Assembly (NCBI GenBank): GCA_040954595.2
Contig: CM082588.2
Location: forward strand, 794,613 to 858,612
Direction: 5' to 3'
Length of the DNA stretch: 64,000 nucleotides
Origin: Balanoglossus misakiensis
Taxonomy: Eukaryota; Animalia; Hemichordata
The position numbers were made by a program, and so were the translations under genes. The notes beneath the pieces are model-generated. The model was given only the letters and a program-made list of their open reading frames with translations. It was not told the origin of the DNA and ran no database searches. Below are positions 40,280-51,303 of the stretch, piece by piece. Within the stretch, counting starts at the first letter, position 1, and the number at the start of each line of letters is the position of its first letter.

Positions 40280-42858
40280 GCGTGCCGGCGACGACATATG
40301 ACAGCTAGCGGCATGTGGCGTGCCAGGCGACGACATATGACAGCTAGAGGCATGTGGCGTGCCCGGCGACGACATATGACAGCTAGAGGCATGTGGCGTG
40401 CCCGGCGACGACATATGACAGCAAGCAGGCATGTGGCGTGCCCGGCGACGACATATGACAGCAAGCAGGCATGTGGCGTGCCCGGCGACGACATATGACA
40501 GCAAGCAGGCATGTGGCGTGCCCAGCGACGACATATGACAGCAAGCAGGCATGTGGCGTGCCCGGCGACGACATATGACAGCAAGCAGGCATGTGGCGTG
40601 CCCGGCGACGACATATTACTGCTAGAGGCATGTGGCGTGCCAGGCGACGACATATGACAGCTAGCAGGCATGTGGCGTGCCCGGCGACGACATATGACAG
40701 CAAGCAGGCATGTGGCGTGCCCGGCGACGACATATGACAGCAAGCAGGTATGTGGCGTGCCCGGCGACGACATATGACAGCTAGAGGCATGTGGCGTGCC
40801 AGGCGACGACATATAACAACTAGCAGGCATGTGGCGTGCCCGGCGAAGACATATGACAGCAAGCAGGCATGTGGCGTGCCCGGCGACGACATATGACAGC
40901 AAGCAGGCATGTGGAGTGCCCGGCGATGACATATGACAGCAAGCAGGCATGTGGCGTGCCCGGCGACGACATATGACAGCAAGCAGGCATGTGGCGTGCC
41001 CGGCGACGACATATGACAGCTAGAGGCATGTGGCGTGCCAGGCGACGACATATGACAGCTAGCAGGCATGTGGCGTGCCCGGCGACGACATATGACAGCT
41101 AGAGGCATGTGGCGTGCCAGGCGACGACATATGACAGCTAGCAGGCATGTGGCGTGCCCGGCGACGACATATGACAGCAAGCAGGCATGTGGCGTGCCCG
41201 GCGACGACATATTACAGCAAGCAGGCATGTGGCGTGCCCGGCGATGACATATGACAGCTAGAGGCATGTGGCGTGCCAGGCGACGACATATGACAACTAG
41301 CAGGCATGTGGCGTGCCGGGCGACGACATATGACAGCAAGCAGGCATGTGGCGTGCCCGGCGACGACATATGACAGCAAGCAGGCATGTGGCGTGCCCGG
41401 CGACGACATATGACAGCTAGAGGCATGTGGCGTGCCAGGCGACGACATATGACAGCTAGCAGGCATGTGGCGTGCCCGGCGACGACATATGACAGCAAGC
41501 AGGCATGTGGCGTGCCCGGCGACGACATATGACAGCAAGCAGGCATGTGGCGTGCCCGGCGACGACATATGACAGCTAGAGGCATGTGGCGTGCCAGGCG
41601 ACGACATATGACAACTAGCAGGCATGTGGCGTGCCCGGCGACGACATATGACAGCAAGCAGGCATGTGGCGTGCCCGGCGACGACATATGACAGCAAGCA
41701 GGCATGTGGCGTGCCCGGCGACGACATATGACAGCAAGCAGGCATGTGGCGTGCCCGGCGACGACATATGACAGCAAGCAGGCATGTGGCGTGCCCGGCG
41801 ACGACATATGACAGCAAGCAGGCATGTGGCGTGCCCGGCGACGACATATGACAGCAAGCAGGCATGTGGCGTGCCCGGCGACGACATATGACAACTAGAG
41901 GCATGTGGCGTGCCCGGCGACGACATATGACAACTAGCAGGCATGTGGCGTGCCCGGCGACGACATATGACAGCAAGCAGGCATGTGGCGTGCCCGGCGA
42001 CGACATATGACAGCAAGCAGGCATGTGGCGTGCCAGGCGACGACATATGACAACTAGCAGGCATGTGGCGTGCCAGGCGACGACATATGACAGCAAGCAG
42101 GCATGTGGCGTGCCCGGCGACGACATATGACAGCAAGCAGGCATGTGGCGTGCCCGGCGACGACATATGACAGCAAGCAGGCATGTGGCGTGCCCGGCGA
42201 CGACATATGACAGCAAGCAGGCATGTGGCGTGCCCGGCGACGACATATGACAGCAAGCAGGCATGTGGCGTGCCCGGCGACGACATATGACAGCAAGCAG
42301 GCATGTGGCGTGCCCGGCGACGACATATGACAGCAAGCAGGCATGTGGCGTGCCCGGCGACGACATATGACAGCAAGCAGGCATGTGGCGTGCCCGGCGA
42401 CGACATATGACAGCTAGAGGCATGTGGCGTGCCCGGCGACGACACATGACAGCAAGCAGGCATGTGGCGTGCCCGGCGACGACATATGACAGCAAGCAGG
42501 CATGTGGCGTGCCCGGCGACGACATATGACAGCAAGCAGGCATGTGGCGTGCCCGGCGACGACATATGACAGCAAGCAGGCATGTGGCGTGCCCGGCGAC
42601 GACATATGACAGCAAGCAGGCATGTGGCGTGCCCGGCGACGACATATGACAGCAAGCAGGCATGTGGCGTGCCCGGCGACGACATATGACAGCAAGCAGG
42701 CATGTGGCGTGCCCGGCGACGACATATGACAGCAAGCAGGCATGTGGCGTGCCCGGCGACGACATATGACAGCAAGCAGGCATGTGGCGTGCCCGGCGAC
42801 GACATATGACAGCTAGCGGCATATGACAACTAGAGGCATGTGGCGTGCCCGACGACAA
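40280..42858. repeat. Minisatellite B block 3, roughly 65 copies
   Basis: Same unit. Singleton variants are more frequent at 40.5-41.3 kb, and the array is very homogeneous at 42.1-42.8 kb. Confidence 0.97.
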
Positions 42859-42865
42859 TGTCAGA

Positions 42866-43680
42866 GGCAGGGGCGTACACTAGGACACAACCCTGTCCGA
42901 AGCAGGGGCGTACACTAGGACACAACCCAGTCCGAAGCAGGGGCGTACACTAGGACACAACCCAGTCCGAAGCAGAGGCGTACACTAGGACACAACCCAG
43001 TCCGAAGCAGGGGCGTCACTAGGACACAACCCTGTCCGATGCAGGGGCGTACACTAGGACACAACCCTGTCCGAAGTAGGGGCGTACACTAGGACACAAC
43101 CCAGTCCGAAGCAGAGGCGTCACTAGGACACAACCCAGTCCGAAGCAGAGGCGTCACTAGGACACAACCCAGTCCGAAGCAGAGGCGTCACTAGGACACA
43201 ACCCAGTCCGAAGCAGAGGCGTCACTAGGACACAACCCAGTCCGAAGCAGGGGCGTACACTAGGACACAACCCAGTCCGAAGCAGGGGCGTCACTAGGAC
43301 ACAACCCAGTCCGAAGCAGGGGCGTACACTAGGACACAACCCAGTCCGAAGCAGAGGCGTCACTAGGACACAACCCAGTCCGAAGCAGGGGCGTCACTAG
43401 GACACAACCCAGTCCGAAGCAGGGGCGTACACTAGGACACAACCCAGTCCGAAGCAGAGGCGTCACTAGGACACAACCCAGTCCGAAGCAGGGGCGTCAC
43501 TAGGACACAACCCAGTCCGAAGCAGGGGCGTACACTAGGACACAACCCAGTCCGAAGCAGAGGCGTCACTAGGACACAACCCAGTCCGAAGCAGGGGCGT
43601 ACACTAGGACACAACCCTGTCCGATGCAGGGGCGTACACTAGGACACAACCCTGTCCGAAGTAGGGGCGTACACTAGGAC
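42866..43680. repeat. Minisatellite C, 35/33-bp unit, roughly 24 copies
   Basis: Consensus GAAGCAG(G/A)GGCGT(A)C(A)CTAGGACACAACCCAGTCC. It sits inside the third copy of the spacer. Confidence 0.95.
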
Positions 43681-43804
43681 GACAATGCCAGCTGACATAT
43701 GAGACGACGGGCACAATGTCAGAGGCACTGACATATGGGACGACTGCACACACGTGGTGTGTTGATGTGCTCAGAGTTTAGCTATAGCATTTCATCACTG
43801 CACA

Positions 43805-44042
43805 TCAATGTCAGTGGGGACTGACATATTGGGACAACGGCACGACAATGTCAGAGGCAGCTGACATTGGGGACAGCAATGTCAGAGGCAGCTGACATGA
43901 GACGACAATGTCAGTGGGGACTGACATATTGGGACAACGGCACGACAATGTCAGAGGCAGCTGACATTGGGGACAGCAATGTCAGAGGCAGCTGACATGA
44001 GACGACAATGTCAGTGGGGACTGACAATTCGGACGACGGCAC
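43805..44042. repeat. ~101-bp tandem duplication (about 2.3 copies) composed of short hairpin-forming sub-repeats
   Basis: caatgtcagtggggactgacatattgggacaacggcacgacaatgtcagaggcagctgacattggggacagcaatgtcagaggcagctgacatgagacga is repeated. Confidence 0.85.
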
Positions 44043-44431
44043 ATTTACAAAGTTTACACAATTATATAGCATTACAATCAACAAATAGTAAAAACAATTA
44101 AAAAGTAAACAAAAAAACAGGAAAACATTTTTAAAATACCAATAAAATTATGAAACTACATAATATACTCTTAACAGCATTAAATCATCCTCAACCTAAT
44201 CTAATTAACACACTTGCCACATTTAAACAATTTCTCCATATTAAGCAAAGACAAATTAACAGAAGTGACATCACCCAGATACAACTATTTACAATAATTA
44301 GTCCTGATCAAAGACCACAAACATTTACAATACAAATCTCTAATCACTCCTCTAACTTACAACTGGCTCAATCCAATTATGAAAACTATACCCAAAATCA
44401 CAATAACCTAAAGAATACCAGGACCAGATTC

Positions 44432-45820
44432 TAACAAAAGCTGACTGAAGCTAACAAAGGAAATGTTTAAGTTAGGTCAAATAAACTAATGCACATAATC
44501 ACAAAGTTGATTCGTATCAGAATGAAGTCTGCTTAACACTGATTGGTTGAACCGCAAGTACCATCATCACCAGGCTTCGAGTTGTCGTCACTGTGAATCT
44601 TCTCTGGCGTTGGCAACATTCACTTGAACTTCAATCTGTAATAACTTGGAGTGGGGTCCATGTCCAGTCTTGCTGTTTTCCAGTGCAGTGGGTACGTCCA
44701 TATCCAGTCTTGCTTTTTTCCAGTGGAGTGGGGTCCATATCCAGTCTTGCTGTTTTCCAGTGCAGTGGGAGCAATATCCAATGTAATTGTTTTCCAGTGG
44801 AGTGGGGTCCATATCCAGTCTTGCTGTTTTCCAGTGGAGTGGGGTCCATATCCAGTCTGTAAAAACTTACAAGCATGCATTGAAAGACACAAAATTAACA
44901 ACACTTGTGTTCAGTATATTCCGGATAATGAATCTTTGAATCCATCAGCTCTGTATGAAATGCTGAACTTTGCTTTAACGATTCGACACTTTACCTGGCG
45001 AGTACCACTTTTCACATCTTTACCTGGAAACCCGTACATGTACATCATCCAAGCCAAAGAAATCTGCAATCTGTAATAACTTACAAGAAACTGTTAAGCA
45101 TGCATTGTGTTTTACAACCCCCCTCTGCTTGCTCAACCAAACTTTAATTAGTACCTGAAATGAAGAAGAAATAATATGTTACATCATGTTGGGATTTTAA
45201 CAAAAGCTGACTGAAGCTAACAAAGGAAATGTTTAAGTTAGGTCAAATAAACTAAAGCACATAATCACAAAGTTGATTCGTATCAGAATGAAGTCTGCTT
45301 ACCAATGATTAGTTGAACCGTAAGTACCATCATCACCAGGTGTCGAGTTGTCGTCACTGTGAATCTTCTCTGGCGTTGGCAGCATTCACTTGAACTTCAA
45401 TCTGTAATAACTTGGAGTGGGGTCCATGTCCAGTCTTGCTGTTTTCCAGTGCAGTGGGGTCCATATCCTGTCTTGCTCTTTTCCAGTGCAGTGGGGTCCA
45501 TATCCAGTCTAGTTGTTTCCCATTACCACTCTTGGTCAGTATTTTCCGGATACTGAATCTTTGAATCCATCAGCTCTGCATGCGTTGTTGAAATTTGCTT
45601 TAACTATCTGACACTTTACCTGGTGAGTACCACTTTTCACATCTTTACCTGGAAACCCGTACATGTACATCATCCAAGCCAAAGAAATCTGCAATCTGTA
45701 ATAACTTACAAGAAACTGTTAAGCATGCATTGTGTTTTACAACCCCCCCTCTGCTTGCTCAACCAAACTTTAATTAGTACCTGAAATGAAGAAGAAATAA
45801 TATGTTACATCATGTTGGGA
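44432..45820. repeat. Tandem duplication (offset 766 bp), each copy carrying a short minisatellite-A array and the same linker that follows the main A array
   Basis: Copy 1 is 44432-45197 and copy 2 is 45198-45820. A-type units lie at ~44648-44858 and ~45414-45520. The linker matches 32349-32538. Confidence 0.9.
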
Positions 45821-46164
45821 TAATTTGAAGAGAATTTCATGGAACATTCTGATCACCATCACCTACACAGTCATCTCTCGATTGCCTTGACTATATCACC
45901 ACTGTATAAACAACCATCAATTCAAACAGCAAATGTATCCACAAATCTAAAAATATCTGACAATTTAAATCCTTAAATCCTGAAAAACACAATGATCACT
46001 GCCAAATTGTACCATCACCAACAAATACCTCTGTCTGCAAAAATCATCAACATCCAAACTACACACATCAATCAAGATAACCCTGCACCACCAAGACCAC
46101 TGGAGACAAAATTTCCCAAAGTTGTCATTTCACAAATGCTTCAGCTAAGACGCATATCATAAGA

Positions 46165-48522
46165 ACCTCTATCTTCAGCACCCAATTTTACCCTTGATTA
46201 ACCCAACACATCTCCCTATTCTCCATTGGGAGAATGAAAAGTTTTTTACACAATATTACACATTTATAGCAATATATTTGCTGTTGCTATAGACACCACA
46301 CTTTGTTTACAACCCCCCTTTAACTTAAGCACCCAATTTTACCCTCGATTAACCCAACACATCTCCCTATTCTCCTCTGGAGAATGAAAAGTTTTTTTGC
46401 ACAATATTACACATTTATAGCAATATATTTGCTGTTGCTATAGACACCACACTTTGTTTACAACCCCCCTTTAACTTAAGCACCCAATTTTACCCTCGAT
46501 TAACCCAACACATCTCCCTATTCTCCTCTGGAGAATGAATAGTTTTTTTGCACAATATTACACATTTATAGCAATATATTTGCTGTTGCTATAGACACCA
46601 CACTTTGTTTACAACCCCCCTTTAACTTAAGCACCCAATTTTACCCTCGATTAACCCAACACATCTCCCTATTCTCCTCTGGAGAATGAAAAGTTTTTTT
46701 TGCACAATATTACACATTTATAGCAATATATTTGCTGTTGCTATAGACACCACATTATGTTTACAAACCCTCTTTAACTTAAGCACCCAATTTTACCCTC
46801 GATTAACCCAACACATCTCCCTATTCTCCTCTGGAGAATGAAAAGTTTTTTTGCACAATATTACACATTTATAGCAATATATTTGCTGTTGCTATAGACA
46901 CCACACTTTGTTTACAACCCCCTTTATCTTAAGCACCCAATTTTACCCTTGATTAACCCAACACATCTCCCTATTCTCCTCATGAGAATGAAAAGTTTTT
47001 TGCACAATATTACACATTTATAGCAATATATTTGTTGTTGCTATAGACACCACATTATGTTTACAAACCCTCTTTAACTTAAGCACCCAATTTTACCCTC
47101 GATTAACCCAACACATCTCCCTATTCTCCTCTGGAGAATGAAAAGTTTTTTTGCACAATATTACACATTTACAGCAATACATTTGCTGTTGCTATAGACA
47201 CCACATTTTGTTTACAACCCCCCCCCCCCCCACCCCCCTTTATCTTAAGCACCCAATTTTACCCTTGATTAACCCAACACATCTCCCTATTCTCCTCTGG
47301 AGAATGAAAATTTTTTTTTACACAATATTACACATTTATAGCAATATATTTGCTGTTGCTATAGACACCACACTTTGTTTACAACCCCCCATTATCTTAA
47401 GCACCCTATTTTACCCTTGATTAACCCAACACATCTCCCTATTCTCCTTTGGGAAAATGAAAAGTTTTTTTTACACAATATTACACATTTATAGCAATAC
47501 ATTTGCTGTTGCTATAGACACCACATTTTGTTTACAACCCCCTTTTTATCTTAAGCACCCAATTTTACCCTTGATTAACCCAACACATCTCCCCATTCTC
47601 CTTTGGGAGAATGAAATTTTTTTTTACACAATATTACACATTTATAGCAATATATTTGCTGTTGCTATAGACACCATACTATGTTTACAACCCCCCTTTA
47701 ACTTAAGCACCAAATTTTACCCTTGATTAACCCAACACATCTCCCTATTCTCCTCTGGAGAATGAAAAATTTTTTTTACACAATATTACACATTTATAGC
47801 AATATATTTGCTGTTGCTATAGACACCACACTTTGTTTACAACCCCCCATTATCTTAAGCACCCTATTTTACCCTTGATTAACCCAACACATCTCCCTAT
47901 TCTCCTTTGGGAGAATGAATTTTTTTTTTACACAATATTACACATTTATAGCAATATATTTGCTGTTGCTATAGACACCATACTATGTTTACAACCCCCC
48001 TTTAACTTAAGCACCAAATTTTACCCTTGATTTACCCAACATATCTCTCTATTCTCCTTTGGGAAAATGAAAAGTTTTTTTTACACAATATTACACATTT
48101 ATAGCAATACATTTGCTGTTGCTATAGACACCACATTTTGTTTACAACCCCCTTTTTATCTTAAGCACCCAATTTTACCCTTGATTAACCCAACACATCT
48201 CTCTTTTCTCCTTTGGGAGAATGAACAGTTTTTTTGCAATATATTACACATTTATAGCAATATATTTGCTGTTGCTATAGACACCACACTATGTTTACAA
48301 CCCCCCCCCCCCTTTATCTTAAGCACGCAATTTTACCCTTGATTCACCCAACACATCTCCCTATTCTCCTCTGGAGAATGAAAAGTTTTTTTGCACAATA
48401 TTACACATTTATAGCAATATATTTGCTGTTGCTATAGACACCACACTTTGTAAAAAAAAAAACCTTTATCTTAAGCACCCAATTTTACCCTCGATTAACC
48501 CAACACATCTCCCTATTCTCTC
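46165..48522. repeat. AT-rich satellite E, ~151-153-bp unit, about 15-16 copies
   Basis: The unit contains GCACCCAATTTTACCC(T/C)TGATTAACCCAACACATCTCCCTATTCTCC...CACAATATTACACATTTATAGCAATATATTTGCTGTTGCTATAGACACCACAC. Periodicity was measured at 46181, 46332, 46483, 46634 and 46786. Confidence 0.95.
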
Positions 48523-48937
48523 CTTCAAAAGAATGGTCTGAAACTACTGACCAATCACAAAGTCGATTGTATCAAAATAAAGTCTGCCTACCTCTGATTG
48601 GTTGAACTGCAAGAACAAAAGACCACGTCATCACCAGGCGCCGAGCTGTCGTCTGCAAGATTCTTCTCTTGAGTTGGCAGCATTTTTGCCAAAATGGCGT
48701 TGGTTTTCCGGTGGACCGAAAAAGGAAACATAACCGCTATTAATATCGGCTCCTATCATATTAAACTTTTACATGATTTATAAAAATAAGGAAGGCCTCG
48801 CTCTGCACTACTCAGGACCGCTCGTCGCGTCGCGGCCTGCCAGATATCTCGAATAGTGAAAATATTTTGAATTTAAAAAAATGTACGAGGATGTTTAAAA
48901 AGTACGCTACACTTTTAATATATAATATAGTCACTGC

Positions 48938-48956
48938 TCTCTCTCTCTCTCTCTCT
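48938..48956. repeat. (CT)n microsatellite
   Basis: About 9-10 CT units. Confidence 0.8.
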
Positions 48957-49732
48957 GGCTAACATTTCGCGGATAAACAATGATAAGAAACAAGTATTTT
49001 ACTGACGCAGACGACGGACAACGTGTCGCCACCGGACGCACATGGACGAATTTAGCGAAATATTTCACAAATACCAGAAAGCATGATAATAATTACCTCA
49101 CATTCCATAACATCTATGTTAAACGTTTAAAACGGAAGTTTGAAAATGGAATAAAAATGGCACACGGAGCCAGCTTCACAAGTTTGAGGACGCAGACGAC
49201 AAATGACAAGTGACGGAGCGCGGCATCAACGCGAATGCACTATTCACCGAATTCGAACATAAAAAAGTCGATGTTTTTTTGGGAAAAATTACGTCTAGTA
49301 AGCTTAAATGCTGGAGCGAGTGTTCACTGGTGACAATTCCTGTCGAATTTTCTAAAATTAACAAGTAAACATTCCTAAAACTTGACATTAGACTGAAATT
49401 TTGACTCGTACGTACCTTCCTCTCCATCTTCAAGCCGCGCCGGAACTGCCCAATTCTACACGTGCAAACTTTTTTAAGGAAAACATGAATAATTCATGAG
49501 GACACATCCTTAAATGGCAAGTTCATATACTCGATGATCGTAACTGGCCAATAACGACCGTGATTTTGCTAGGCCAATACATGAATATATGATTGAGAAT
49601 CGCACTAGCCATACCCCCTAGCTAGCTGAGCGTGAACGCGATATGGTTAAATTTATAGACGGATCACATTATTTTTGGACGTTAATGCTCGTTATTTACT
49701 CGTTCTGTCCATTTTTAGGTTGTTATTGGTCA

Positions 49733-51303
49733 TCACTGCAAGTTTCTGCTCATTACAAGTTTTACAACCACCCATATGTCATCATCTTCATCCATCGTGT
49801 ATCTTCTTCGCATGTTAAAGTCTGTAGCCAAAGTAGTCTCATTTTCCCAGACGCCTTGGAGAGCGGCGGAAAAAGCAAAGGCGTCTGGGTAACAGAGAGG
49901 CCTGAAAATTTTAGCATTTTCGAAGTTCTTTTGAATGTATTGTGGGTAATCTGGGCCTTTTATGTCTAGATTTGTTCGTTTTGTGGTATGATGTGTCATT
50001 TGAAGAGATGTTTTATCTTACCGACATTAGCTCCAGGTGATGGGGCAAAGTACCAATAGTGTAGGTCAACATGTCCTTTGTAAACTAATGTCCGGATTTC
50101 AAATAATGTATGTGGTACGTGTAGGTTGTACTTCATGGTGAGCTGTATTGTTGGGTGTGTAGAGTTGCACTGTCGGTGGACATTGTGTAGTTCATCAAAA
50201 CCATCAAACGAAAGAAAGTAGACAAGGTCAATGTGGCACAGAAAAGGGTGACCCTTGAAACCACTTACATTTGTTCAGAAGAAATAAGGCAATGCCGCCT
50301 TCATGACAATGAAAGTTAATAATAAAACATTACTGCGATTGTTTCATTTCTTAATCTATTTATTTAATCATCTATTTATTTGTTTATCGACTATTTACGG
50401 CATCAACTAACTCTCAGAACTGCAGGGTACCGATTATGAAGTCGCAATCGGTGTTGAATTTCACTAAAACTGACAGAAGTACATATCTCTGCCATCCTGG
50501 CTTTCGAAATAACACAGTACATCGGGTCCGGAATACAAAACATCCACGGGCGGTTCCCAGAACACACCTGCAGCAAGTCTTGATGGGCATTCCTGTGGAT
50601 CAATTCGAAAAAAAACGTTGTCTGTTATAACTACAGGGATGTAAACTGTTCAAAAGACAGGCAAAGTTCAATCCTTCCTTTATGGAATTCTGATTTTCAT
50701 GTCAAGAAGTATTTTCAACATGACTGACCCAGACGGCGTCGCAGTAAAGTGCTCGAGTTTCTTCAAAGTCGTCATATGCAAACATCGTACACTTCTTACA
50801 CTCCGATACTTCATCAGATATCTTCTCGCCCTGGATACAAAATGTTAAAGTATAAGATGAAGGCACCAAGGCGAAAATGTTGTAAACCGAGAAAAGGACG
50901 TTTTTCATAAATAAATAAATAAATACTGCTTTGTGTGGTACATGTACAAAATTATAAGTTCATGTGCAAAGTGAATGAGTGTAAAATTTAATTCACTTAC
51001 TAGTTCAGCTGTTTCAATTTCGGATGTTGGTACAAGCATATTTCTGACCTTCCCATCAATATTAGTGCTGACCATGCAGTATGTGAGATCTCTGGAAGGG
51101 CTGGCGTTTCGCAATTTTGCGGCTAAACCTTTGATACCATTCTGGCACGGCTGATTTGGTGTAGTCTCAATGTTGAGGACTTTGTTCTCATATTCTATGA
51201 AGACGTTTCTGGCGCAGGTGTTTTCCTCTCGGTGCTTGGCAACGGTGATGTCACTACTGATTACTGCCAGGAGCAGTGCGAGACAAATGCTGAACGTTTT
51301 CAT
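49733..51303 (-). CDS. Unrecognised secreted protein, ~359 aa, five exons
   Basis: Signal peptide MKTFSICLALLLAVISSDITVA. GT-AG exons 51303-51001, 50830-50729, 50621-50412, 50253-50022 and 49965-49733 splice into one open frame ending LVMSRNLQ-stop. An alternative acceptor at 50592 would give a 177-aa form ending at 50464. Confidence 0.65.

Noticed and set aside
32507-42858. Long Cys/His-rich minus-strand ORFs (up to 548 aa) of repeating MPACCHMSSPGTPHACLLSYVVAGHATCLLAVICRRRARH
   Set aside because: These are an artefact of a 40-bp unit with no minus-strand stop codon. All three frames give the same peptide, and 39-bp variants and TAG-creating variants are scattered with no frame preservation.
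32586-42858. p53/p63-like half-sites (AGGCATGTGG, TGGCGTGCCC) in monomer B
   Set aside because: Both deviate from RRRCWWGYYY and they overlap rather than abut, so they do not form a canonical response element.
32586-43680. CRISPR-like appearance of 35-40-bp repeats
   Set aside because: The units are head-to-tail with no unique spacers, there are no cas genes, and the context is an intron-rich eukaryotic genome.
47151-48342. Repeated hydrophobic ORFs (FFYTILHIYSNIFAVAIDT...) in the 152-bp satellite
   Set aside because: Homopolymer length changes shift the frame from unit to unit. These are satellite translation artefacts.
48884-48915. TACGAGGATGTTTAAAAAGT resembling a mariner terminal inverted repeat
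   Set aside because: I found no matching inverted copy and no transposase remnant in the window.
30463-48956. (AG)n at ~30463 and (CT)n at ~48938 as inverted termini of the repeat domain
   Set aside because: The sequences next to the microsatellites are not complementary, so they are not true TIRs.
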